This document shows, piece by piece, positions 11,061 through 20,000 of a stretch of 20,000 nt of DNA. The notes beneath the pieces were generated by a model. It saw only the letters and a list, made by a program, of their open reading frames with translations. It made no database searches and was not told the DNA's origin. Origin of the DNA: Chiloscyllium plagiosum (lineage: Eukaryota); NCBI RefSeq assembly GCF_004010195.1, contig NW_025215225.1, forward strand, positions 54,730 to 74,729, given 5' to 3'. The position numbers and the translations under genes are program-made. Every line of letters begins with the position of its first letter. The first letter of the stretch is position 1.

Positions 11061-11920
11061 TTAAATCTGTCGGTCACTTATGAAACGTGGTTTTATTTTT
11101 CACAACAAAGCAATCTAGCAGCATTCCTGGATAACAGTACACACAGCAACTTGGTATTAGCCCATGGAGACGGAGACCCTAGTCTGCTGAACGAACTGCT
11201 TTCTACTGAGACTACAAAGCATGGGCTGCACGTATGGTATTTTTGCCTCCCAAGTTTAATGGCGGTGCGAGAAGGGAATCAGTGAGCGTTCTGTTCTTAA
11301 TTTCTGTGCTCCCTTCCTCATTCAACCTTTTTCTGATGCTGTCCTGTCCTTGCAATGTGGATATCGTACCCTACAGCTTTTGACTTACCTGCAGAGCAGT
11401 CTCCTGGAGGAATTTCTGCAGCTGTGCTCCCACCAAGAGGAGGGGAGAAATTTGGGGAAGGAGTCTTTTTTTGAAAATGAGCATTCATCCATCTCCCTTA
11501 GATTTCGAATATATTTACAATGCTCTGAGTGGAGCAGCTGGCTGCAATTCAGTCACAACAGAACAACAGGGGATCACATGGTTGCACAGGAATAACATTG
11601 CAGTTCTGACCTACAAATGCTCCTGCCTACAGCTCAAAGGCTGTACAGCTGCCTTTGGAATAGTGGGGAACTTTCAGAATACGTTCTCCATCCCTGCAAT
11701 ACATTTTCTTCCCCTGCATTTGTTAATCTGGTTTTTCAGAAGTAACGGGTGGAAGCAGAGTTCTGAGGGCTGTATTCCCAGTTCTCTTGGTACTCCTAGT
11801 TCTGAGGAAAGGTCAGGATTAGAGTGGTGCTGGAAAAACACAGGTCAGGCAGCATCCAGGGAGCAGGAAAATCGACGCCTCATTCCTGATGAAGGACTTT
11901 TGCCCGTAATTTCAATTTTT

Positions 11921-12184
11921 GTGACAAGATTTGCAGCTCGGGTGCTCGTTGTTGTGGTTCTGTTCGCCGAGCTGGGAATTTGTGTTGCAGATGTTTCGTC
12001 CCCTGTCTAGGTGACATCCTCCGTGCTTGGGAGCCTCCTGTGCAGCACTTCTGTGATCTGGCATTGCCGGAGGAAAGATCACAGAAGCGCTTCACAGGAG
12101 GCTCCCAAGCACTGAGGATGTCACCTAGGCAGGGGACGAAACGTCTGCAACACAAATTCCCAGCTCGGCCAACAGAACCACAGC
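11921..12184. mobile_element. Fold-back of family B pLTR (element D)
   Basis: TSD aat(t/g)tcaattttt 11908-11920/12185-12197; minus arm ~11921-12059 and plus arm ~12065-12184 both match 7262-7408. Confidence 0.9.
12109..12148 (+). ncRNA. Minimal hammerhead ribozyme motif, intact core (family B)
   Basis: gca CUGAGGA u gucaccu-aggc-aggggac GAA ACGU C ugc: stem I gca/ugc, GUC triplet, ACGU palindrome. The mirror copy at 11987-12026 (-) is mutated. Confidence 0.82.
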
Positions 12185-12265
12185 AATGTCAATTTTTCTG
12201 CTCAGATACTGCCTGACCTGTTGTGCTTTTCCAGCACCACTCCGATCTTGACTCTGAGGAAGGGT

Positions 12266-12405
12266 AAAGTCTTCAAGGAGAAAGTGAGGACTGCAAATGC
12301 TGGAGATCAGAGCTGAAAATGTGTTGCTGGAAAAGCGCAGCAGGTCAGGCAGCATCCAAGGAGCAGGAGAATTGACGTTTTGGGCATAAGCCCTTCTTCC
12401 GGAAC
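12266..12405 (-). mobile_element. Solo family C pLTR fragment with degenerate HHR
   Basis: Matches 1216-1309 and 18126-18218; reverse complement ccggaagaagggcttatgcccaaaacgtcaa. Confidence 0.85.
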
Positions 12406-12509
12406 TAGGACAGGAGGAGGCCATTCAGCCTTTCCAGTCTGTTAGAGGGCCACGAGGAGCCCATTCAGCCTCTCGAGCCTGTTACAGAGGGGCAGGAAGT
12501 GTTTATCTA

Positions 12510-12930
12510 ACTTTCTGGTATGCATAAATATTAATTTTAAATTAGTTGTGAAATAGGAAAGACCTGATGTAAACATTAAAGTTCTAACTTTGAACAAGGC
12601 CAACTTTGAAAGGGATGGCAAGCCCTGTGCAACGCTAATTGGAATACCCTATTCACAGGTAAAGGGATGGTTGGAAAATGCAAGGCCATCAAAACCTTTT
12701 TTCAGAGATTCCAGAGCAAACGTGTTCCTATTGGTGAGAGGGGCAAGGCTCGTGGGTGCAGGGAGTTCTAGATTCTAAGATATATTGATGCTTTGATCAA
12801 GGTAAGGAAGGAGGCATATGTCAGGTAAACAGAGCGGAGATAAAGTAAATCCCGAGAGGAGTATGAGGGAAGTAAGTGCATAGTCAATGCGGAAATCGGG
12901 CCAGAAAAAATGTGGACATGAGATGGCATT
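12510..12930 (+). mobile_element. Diverged CR1 ORF2 internal fragment (post-endonuclease linker)
   Basis: aaggccaactttga, aggaaggaggcatatgtcag, ggacatgagatggc colinear with 1075-1610. Confidence 0.65.
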
Positions 12931-12933
12931 TTC

Positions 12934-13036
12934 AGCTTTGAGGAAGGGTCACCAGACCTGAAACGTTAACTCTTGATTTCTCTCTGCAGATGCTGCCAGA
13001 CCTGCTGAGCTTTTCCAACAACTTCTGTTTTTGTGT
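12934..13036 (+). mobile_element. Family E pLTR-like fragment with HHR motif
   Basis: ttgagga a gggtc acca gacct gaa acgt t aact followed by gatgctgccagacctgctgagcttttcca, related to the family C downstream sequence. Confidence 0.75.
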
Positions 13037-13104
13037 CTTTAGGTAGAGGGGGGGGGGGGGGAAGGGGGAGGGAAGAGAAGAGAGTAAGAAAAAAAAATCA
13101 GAAC

Positions 13105-13430
13105 TCTCTTACCATACCTTACACTACCTTGATACATCCAGAAGTGTTTTACTGTCTATCACATACTCATGGAGTGAAGTCACTACCGTAACAACGGAAG
13201 CAGCCACGGAAGTTCTGTATGCAACTCCTACCGTCATATTGGCAAGATTATTGTCAGGGCGCTAGCTGAGGGATTAAATATAGGAACACCCCATCACCAA
13301 TGGGATACTCCACTGATCTCCAAGGCATAGGTGAGGGCTTCCAATGCACCAATATGTCGATGAGGATGGCCTCCATGATGATGTTTCATCCTGGAAAATG
13401 CCTTTTGACGATCTATCAGAACTGAAGCAA
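13105..13430 (-). mobile_element. Possible ancient Deu-domain SINE remnant
   Basis: Scattered recollected motifs in the expected order (agtgaagtcact, gcagcca, tgagggattaaatat, ggcctc..atgtttcatc); very diverged. Confidence 0.35.
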
Positions 13431-13529
13431 ATGGCATAGACACAGACACACAAACAATTGGACTGATTTGAATCCTTCCTGAGGCCCGTGAATCTGATCA
13501 ATTGCCACGTGATTGTGGAAAGAGTAGCT

Positions 13530-13927
13530 TTTATTTGTTCGTTTGCAGGATATGGACCAACATGTATTGCCCGTCCCTAGTTATCCACGGGACAGGTAAG
13601 AGTCGACCACATTGGAGTCACTTGTAGTCTAGACCAGGTCAGGATGGCCGTTTCCATCCCTGATGGACATTAGTGAACCAGAATGGGTTTTTCCAACAAT
13701 CGATGGTTGTGGATTCGTGATCATCATTAGACTCTTAATTCCAAATATTCCTCTTTTGAATTCAAATTCCATCTTGGAAGAGAAATCAGCGTTGATGTTT
13801 CGGGTCCAGTGCCCCTTCCTCAGAATCACCATCTACTGTGTAGGATTTGAACACAGGTCCCCGGAACATTATCAGGATCTCCTGGATTAACAATCTAGCA
13901 ATAGTACCACTAGCCATTACCGTCCCC
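13530..13927 (-). mobile_element. tRNA-derived SINE (second family)
   Basis: Reverse complement starts with A box tggctagtggta and B box tgttcaaatcc; second copy at 15618-15858; tail shared with 15878-15925. Confidence 0.75.
13775..13827 (-). mobile_element. ~50-bp family E hammerhead-only insertion within the SINE
   Basis: Reverse complement att ctgagga a ggggcactggaccc gaa acat c aac; flanked by ccatct 13769-13774/13829-13834. Confidence 0.7.
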
Positions 13928-14162
13928 ATTCCCAAGCTTTGTTCCAGTCTTAAGTATAGAATCCAACAGAAGATGGGAGGCCATTCAGGCTGCTGTGCCA
14001 ATGCTGGCTCATTATAAGAGCTATCAGCTCGATAAGCTTTTAGATCTTCTCAAATATTGCCTGTGTTCCCTTTGCAAAGGTGGTATTGAATTGGTTTCCA
14101 TTGTCATGATCACTGCCTTTAGGTACAATGTATTTGGTGGAAATGTGCCTTTTTTAAAAAAA

Positions 14163-14455
14163 TTAGATTCCCTACAGTGTGGAAACAGACCCTTCGGCCC
14201 AACAAGTCCACACCAATCCTCTGAAGAGCAACCCACCCAAACACATTCCCCTTCATTTACCCCTTCACCTAACACTACGGGCAATTTAGCTTGACCAGCT
14301 CACCCGACCTGCACATCTTTGGACTGTGGAAGGAAACCGGAGCACCCGGAGGAAACCCACGCAGACACGGGGACAATGTGCAAACTCCACACAGACAGTT
14401 GCCTGAGGTGGGAATTGAACCCGGGTCCCTGGCGTTGTGAGGCAGCAGTGCCGCC
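14163..14455 (-). mobile_element. HE1-like V-SINE
   Basis: B box ggttcaattcc (14411-14421 reverse), V-domain gtgtggagtttgcacattgtccccgtgtctgcgtgggtttcctccgggtgctccggtttcc, CR1-shared tail; A-box segment appears deleted. Confidence 0.92.
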
Positions 14456-14633
14456 CTTTTAATCTTTTCTCAAGCTCCTTTGCAACCGTCTGATGGGATA
14501 TTCAGTCCCTGATGTTTGTATTGATTCTCGATTAAATGTTCATTCAGTTCCATTCTTTCTGTCTCCAATATTCACCCATTTTCTGCTGAAAGGTAATTAT
14601 GTGTTCTGCTTCCATCATTGGTCCTGGTAAAAC

Positions 14634-15293
14634 CTAGAGGTGCAGGCTCATAGTTCCTTGAAGGTGGAGTTGCAGGTAGACAGGGTGGTGAAGAAGGCAT
14701 TTGGTATGCTTGCTTTTATTAACTCAGTGCACTGAGTGTAGGAATTGGAATGTCGTGTTGTGGCTATAAAGGATATTGGTGAGGCCACTTTTGGAATATT
14801 GCAATCGATTCTGGTCTCCCTGCTATCAGAAAGAAGTTAAACTTGAAAGAAAAGATTTACAAGGATGTTGCTGGGACTGGAGGGTTTGAGCTCTCGGGAG
14901 AGGCTGAATAGGCTGGGGCTATTTTCCCTGAAACATCGAAGGATGAGGGGGGATCTTTTAGAGGTTTATACAATCATGAGGGGGTGAATAGCCAAGGTCT
15001 TTTTCCCAGAATAGGGGAGCCCAGAACTAGAAGGTGAGAGGGGAAAGAATAAAAAGGACCTAAGGGGCAACTTTTCTGTGCGGAGGGTGGAGGCGTGAGC
15101 TGCTAGAGGAAGTAGTGGAGGCTGATACTCATCCAAATGCTTTTAAACGTTATAATTGTGTTTGAATAGAAAAGGTTTAGAGGAATGTGAGCCAAATGTT
15201 GGTGAATGAGACGAGGTCAATGAAGGATATCTGGTCAGCACGGATGAGTTGGACTGAAGGGTCTGTTTCCATGCTGGACAGCTCTATGACTCT
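14634..15293 (+). mobile_element. CR1 LINE 3' fragment
   Basis: Colinear with 2620-3290 and 4078-4650; ends gggtctgtttccatgctggacagctctatgactct. Confidence 0.9.
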
Positions 15294-15617
15294 TAAGTGA
15301 TTCCATGTTTTAATTATAATGTGGTTTCCAAATGGAACCTTCTCAACTGTCCCTGCCATTGCTTTAATGTGATCTTAAGGTGGTCTTCTGACCAACAGAA
15401 GTAGGTTTTTGCTGATTATCAAAATGTTCCAGAATTTTGAATTGTATACCTCAATGACATTGCTTTAAATCGAACTAACACAGATTTCAGATTACACAAG
15501 CCAGCTGTTCAACATTGCTGGTCTGTAATATTATCCTTATCTCACACCCTCTGTATATCCTCCTATTCTTTTCCCCTTTAGTGTTAATAGACTTCAGATG
15601 TATCTTAAAACAATGTT

Positions 15618-15858
15618 TATGTGGGTGTTCCTGGTTGGGCCAGCATTTATTTGCAGAGTGCAGTGAACCATGTTTCTATGAGTCACGTGTAGGCTAGACC
15701 AGGTAAGGACAGCAGTTTCCCTATAGGACATTCGTGAACCAGCGTTCTTTCATGGTCATCATTAAACCTTCAATCCAGGTTTGCAGAATTCATCCAACAC
15801 GATTGGATTTAAACCCAGATCCCCGCCTGGCTTCTGCTTTAATAATCTAGCAATAATT
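15618..15858 (-). mobile_element. Diverged copy of the second SINE family
   Basis: gagtcac..gtaggctagaccaggtaagga, ggacatt.gtgaaccag, tcatcatta, aatctagcaata shared with 13530-13927. Confidence 0.7.
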
Positions 15859-15877
15859 TTTTAAAAAAAATATTCAA

Positions 15878-16050
15878 TTGTGGGTGTCGCTGGCTGGGCC
15901 CAGCATTTCCTGTCAGTCCCTAGTTACCCTTGAGAAGGTGGGGGTGAGCTGCTTTCTTGACTCACTGCAGTCCACCATTCAGGAGGGGATCCCAGGATTT
16001 TGACCCAGTGACAGTGAAGGAACGGCAATATATTTGCAAGTCAGAATGAG
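15878..16050 (-). mobile_element. 3' end of another CR1/L2-group LINE
   Basis: Minus reading ..SFTVTGSKSWDPL...KKAAHPHLLKGN* resembles a LINE ORF2 end (WNSLP-type motif), followed by a tail shared with the SINE. Confidence 0.6.
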
Positions 16051-16106
16051 CCTCGAGCTCTTGCTACTCAGTTCAACTCCCTTTGCTTGCCAATTGTATT
16101 GTGTTA

Positions 16107-16304
16107 TGGAAATGTGTTGCTGGAGAAGCGCAGCAGGTCAGGCAGCATCTAGGGAACAGGAGAATCGACGTTTCGGGCATTAGCCCTTCTTCAGGGCTAA
16201 TGCCTGACCTGCTGCGCTTCAGCCCTGCTGCCTGACCTGCTGCGCTTCTCCAGCAACACATTTCCATCTCTGATCTCCAGCATCTGCAGACCTCATTTTC
16301 TCTT
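16107..16304. mobile_element. Fold-back family C pLTR insertion
   Basis: Perfect 16-bp TSD caattgtattgtgtta 16091-16106/16305-16320; inverted arms 16106-16147 and ~16226-16267; HHR core intact on the minus strand at 16163-16196. Confidence 0.93.
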
Positions 16305-16320
16305 CAATTGTATTGTGTTA

Positions 16321-16520
16321 CCATTGTCTTACAACACCCACGGGCTGCTGTCTCATTGGAAAGAAATGACGAACCTGAGGCCCACCGTACCTCAGGTGAG
16401 GGGAGAGGTTGAGAGAAGAGTCCTTCATGGTAACCACAGCCAAAGATGGGAATTGAACCCATGCTGTTGGCATTACACTGCTTCATAAACCAACCATCCA
16501 GCCAACTGAGCTGAATGGAC
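16321..16520 (-). mobile_element. tRNA-derived SINE (third family)
   Basis: Reverse complement has A box tcagctcagttgg (16502-16514) and B box ggttcaattcc (16449-16459). Confidence 0.7.
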
Positions 16521-16974
16521 TTCACCAATTGTATGTTCTCACCACTCTCTGGCCAAAGGGGTTTCCCTTGAATTCCTGATTGAGTATATTAGCAATGACA
16601 TTCATTCATTTTCTCTTGTTTCTATTGCAAGTAGAACATTCATCACATCTGCCATTATCTAGCAGCTTCTGTCACATTGTCCCTCAAGTTTTAGGTGAAG
16701 CAAGACATGACCTAATCAGCATTTTCTGGAGGCTCCCATTTACTGTGAAGGTCTTTGTCACCGTGAAAGGGTTAATGTAGACGTGGTAGCTTAGACTGGC
16801 TATGGGATGCCCAGGGGAGTGGGGGAGGAATTGGCGAGACATTTCAATGGACTTGTTTTCCTTAGTTTTGCCCGGTCCAGAAGATGGGATGGCTACTATT
16901 TCTTCTTTACAGCCCTACTCCTTGGTGATATTGAGTGAAATTTATTTTGGTAAAACAGGGGTAGGACTTTTACA

Positions 16975-17615
16975 AATAATGGTGGGGCCTTGGGTAGTGT
17001 TGTAGAACAGAGGGACCTAAGCACCCTTACCTTCATTGCTCAGACCTTTGAATGTAGGAATTGGGACTTTATATGTTGAGGATGTACAGGAGATTGGTGA
17101 AGCCTCTTATTATTATTATTACAGAAGATATTATTAAGCTGGAGATGGTTCAGAAGAAATTTACCAGGATGTTGCCGGGTATGGAAGGTTTGAGTTACAA
17201 AGAAAGGCTGGGACGTTTCTCACTCGAGTGGAAGAGGTTGAGAAATTACCTTTGTGGAGGTTTATAAAATCGTGAGAGGTATAGAGAAGGTTAGTGATCG
17301 TTGTCTTTTCCCTAGGATTGGGATTTCAAGACTAGGGGGACATATTTTTAAGGTGAGAGGAGAGATTTATAAAGGACATGAGAGGTAAGTGTTTGACACA
17401 GAGGATAGTTCGTGTGTCGAATGAACTTCCCAAGGAAGTGGTGGATGTGGGTATAGTTAGAATGTTTAAAAGACATTTGGATATGTCCATGAATAAGAAA
17501 GGTTTGGAGGGTTGTGGGCCAGGAGCAGGCAGATGGGACTAGTTTAGTTGGAGGTTATGGTCAGCATTGACTGGTTGGGCTGTAGGGTCTGTTTCCGTGC
17601 TATACGACTCTGTAA
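16975..17615 (+). mobile_element. CR1 LINE 3' fragment
   Basis: DIIKLEMVQKKFTRMLPGMEGLSYKERL; ends gggtctgtttccgtgctatacgactctgtaac. Confidence 0.9.
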
Positions 17616-18125
17616 CGAACCTCGTATGAGATGTTAAGACTGCCAACCAAAGGCTTGGTGAAAGGGTTAGTTTTCAGGATGTCTCGAAGTAGTGGTTGGG
17701 ATGTGTACAGAAGGAATGTCAGAGTTTGGAGTCCGGGTAGCTGAAGCCAGTGGTAGGGTGATATAAAATTGGGGACGTTCAAGAATCCAGAATCAGAGGG
17801 AAAATCAAAACCTTAGAGGGCTGCAGCATGCTACAGAGAGAGAGCAAAGGAGAGGATTTCAAAAGTGAGGGGTTACCAGGCAGGGAGCTAACGTCGCTCG
17901 CACACCCAGTGACAAGACAATGTTGTGAAATTCTTGTAATGTTCTGAAAGACCTGCTGTGCTAGTGCAGTGAACACAAAGTTAGCTGGCAGGTCCAGCCA
18001 ACAGAAACACAAATGCTACATTGACCTTCAGGGAGTAGGACTTGGTGTACAGGAAAATAATTCTTGCTTCCAGCATCTGGAAAGGCCACACTTGGGAATG
18101 CTCTGTGGGTGTATCTGAAAGTGGG

Positions 18126-18513
18126 CTGGAAATGTGTTGCTGGAAAAGCGCAGCAGGTCAGGCAGCATCCAGGGAACAGGAGAATCGACGTTTCGGGCAT
18201 GAGCCCTTCTTCAGGAATGGGGAAAGTTTGTCCAGCAGGCTAAGATAAAAGGTAGGGAGGGGGGACTTGGGGGAGGGGTGTCGGAAATGTGATAGGTGGA
18301 AAGAGGTCAAGGTGAGGGTGATAGGTCAGACTGGGGTGGGGGCGGANNNNNNNNNNNNNNNNNNNNNNNNNNNNNNGAGGTGTTCTCTGAAACGCTCCGC
18401 AAGTAGCCGGCCTGTCTCCCCAATATAGAGGAAGCCGGCCTGTCTCCCCAATATAGAGGAAGCCGGCCTGTCTCCCCAATATAGAGGAGCCGGCCTGTCT
18501 CCCCAATATAGAG
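18126..18513 (-). mobile_element. 5'-truncated family C PLE (GIY-YIG fragment + pLTR), spanning an N gap
   Basis: Minus reading LYIGETGRLLAERFREHL at 18377-18432; pLTR with HHR; 9-bp TSD gaaagtggg 18117-18125/18514-18522. Confidence 0.85.
18183..18218 (-). ncRNA. Minimal hammerhead ribozyme motif, intact core (family C)
   Basis: Reverse complement: auuc CUGAAGA a gggc-ucau-gccc GAA ACGU C gauu. Confidence 0.78.
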
Positions 18514-18515
18514 GA
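18405..18515. repeat. 4 x 27-28 bp tandem repeat of the YIGETGR-coding segment
   Basis: agccggcctgtctccccaatatagagg(a) starts at 18405, 18433, 18461 and 18488. Confidence 0.95.
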
Positions 18516-18845
18516 AAGTGGGGGCAACCTTGCCCTTAGTAACAGGGAGCAGGGCTGTTGCTGGGAGCTGGACATTCATTGGTCAACCCCCAGGGGTGGG
18601 GTTGTACGTTTCGTGGGAGAATCCAGCTTGGAGATTCCTCCGTTTCAGTGTCTGTGGCAGTTTGCCCCCACCCCTTGCTGGTGACAGTTAATCGATTAAT
18701 AGCCTCATTGGAAAGATGAGGGATCCCACCAATGCAACACAGCTGAGGGAGTGGGAGTAAGAAATCTAAGAGAAATACAGGGTGAAACTTTCAGAGAAAG
18801 GTTGAAATGGCGCAGATATTGTTCCATTGCAAAAATAATCAAACT

Positions 18846-18940
18846 AAAACAGAAATTACTGGAAAAGCTCAGCAGGTCTGGCAGCTCCTGTGGAGAGAAA
18901 TCAGTGTCAATATTTTGGGTCCGGTAACCCTTCCTCATAG
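18846..18940 (-). mobile_element. Family E pLTR-like fragment, degenerate HHR
   Basis: Inverse of 12934-13033; reverse complement tgaggaagggttaccggacccaaaatattgac. Confidence 0.75.
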
Positions 18941-19557
18941 TGCTATTAATAATGTCCTAAGCTCTCCATTTCATTAGATTTTTGTAAAAAGTGCAAAAAT
19001 GGCAAGGAGTGGGAGGTGTTTAGAGATCCTTGAAACAAATTGGTAAAGACTGGTTCAACTTCCAAAATATTCAAATAGAAGAGAACATCGATTCAATGAA
19101 AGACAAATACAGACTGACCCTGTAGAGTGATACTGCAGTATAAACTGTGCCCAGACTGATTCTCAGGAAATACAGACGCTGAGGGCTGTTGGGTGGCGAA
19201 GCAGAGTTGCTCTCACGTGTGTGATTTGGCCGGCAGTATGCTTTGTGATTTAAAAGTTTGAAAAGTTTAAGGTAACTGCTCGTACACTGACTCCAAGAGA
19301 ACTGACAGTGAATTCTCACCCCACCCAAACAAGATCACCCAGACTGTCTCAGGAGCACATTGCATGGATAGATAGCCCAGGGTATGAGTGAAAATGGAGC
19401 CTCACTGTGAAATTAGCATGTGAAAATCATTCATGGGGATTTGAAAAAGTTGGAACAAGTGTTTTCCACTTAAAACTGTTCTGTTTACCAGTTATTTTGA
19501 CCTTAGCTGATTTTGTTATGTCTGGGCAAGTTAAATCCCAGACCGAAATCATAAAAC

Positions 19558-19718
19558 ACCTACAGTGTGGAAACAGACCATTCAATGAGCATCCCATCCC
19601 CTCTCCCTATCTTTGTCACCCTGCATTTCCCATGTATAATCCACCTACCCTGCATATCCCAGGAACTATAGGCAATTTAGCACAGCCATTCCACCCTAAT
19701 CTGCACATCTCTGGACTT
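19558..19718 (-). mobile_element. Partial HE1-like SINE (3' half)
   Basis: cctacagtgtggaaacagacc and ggcaatttagc..ctgcacatct.tggact match 14171-14326. Confidence 0.8.
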
Positions 19719-19819
19719 TGAAATTGTATACTTTACACATGTCCCCCACCTTTATGTCACACATTTACAATACAATTACAGCAGCCTCGCAATGATTGTC
19801 TGTAATGCAAAGACTGTGG

Positions 19820-20000
19820 GAGCTACAGACTGGTGAGCTTGACATCGGTATTGGAGGGGATTCTGAGACAAAATCTACATGCGTTTGTAAAGAAGAGGAC
19901 TGATTAGGGCCAGTCAGCATGGCTTTGTGCATGGGAAATCATGTCTCACACCACTTTTCTGAAGAGGTGACCAAGAAAGTAGATGAAGGGAGAGCAGTAG
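19820..20000 (+). mobile_element. CR1 ORF2 RT N-terminal fragment, runs off the window
   Basis: YRLVSLTS...LIRASQHGFVHGKSCLT...EEVTKKVDEGRAV. Confidence 0.85.

Larger units (their letters stand above)
11814..12252. mobile_element. Fold-back PLE pLTR (family C variant) interrupted by element D
   Basis: TSD tctgaggaa(a/g)ggt 11801-11813/12253-12265; inverted arms ~11812-11877 and ~12187-12252; HHR cctgatgaaggacttttgcccgtaa at 11885-11909. Confidence 0.85.

Noticed and set aside
11471..12010. 179-aa ORF
   Set aside because: Runs from unique sequence through two nested repeats; no recognisable domain.
11794..12410. 9-bp inverted repeat tcctagttc/gaactagga bracketing the nested cluster as element termini
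   Set aside because: Short, with no flanking TSD; explicable by similar sequence upstream of two related HHRs.
12408..12498. ~40-bp period repeat with ggaggccattcagcc (also 8940, 13977)
   Set aside because: Only about two units; probably derived from old LINE 3' tails.
13047..13097. Poly-G/purine tract as a functional G-quadruplex
   Set aside because: Simple low-complexity run with no supporting context.
14400..14455. tRNA genes (also 16449-16514, 13840-13927)
   Set aside because: A/B boxes belong to SINE heads; no full cloverleaf.

Overview
Repeat-dense, apparently non-genic vertebrate DNA. The repeat families (HER1-like CR1 LINEs, HE1-like V-SINEs) point to a shark; this is recognised from memory, not from a database search. 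I found no intact host gene, and the ORFs I can assign are decayed retroelement fragments or their antisense frames. Contents: one 2.8-kb 5'-truncated CR1 LINE, about 9 other CR1 fragments, several tRNA-derived SINEs, a 46-bp minisatellite, and many Penelope-like element (PLE, GIY-YIG) insertions from at least four families (my labels A, B, C, E). These PLEs carry about 14 minimal hammerhead ribozyme (HHR) motifs, 3-4 with an intact core. Six PLE insertions are fold-backs (inverted arms, both 3' ends pointing outward) bounded by 13-19 bp target-site duplications (TSDs). Three of them landed in or right beside the hammerhead of another PLE, giving nested structures at 5035-7457 and 11798-12405. 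HHRs in PLEs are known; the ribozyme-centred nesting and the junction anatomy are the most interesting observations.
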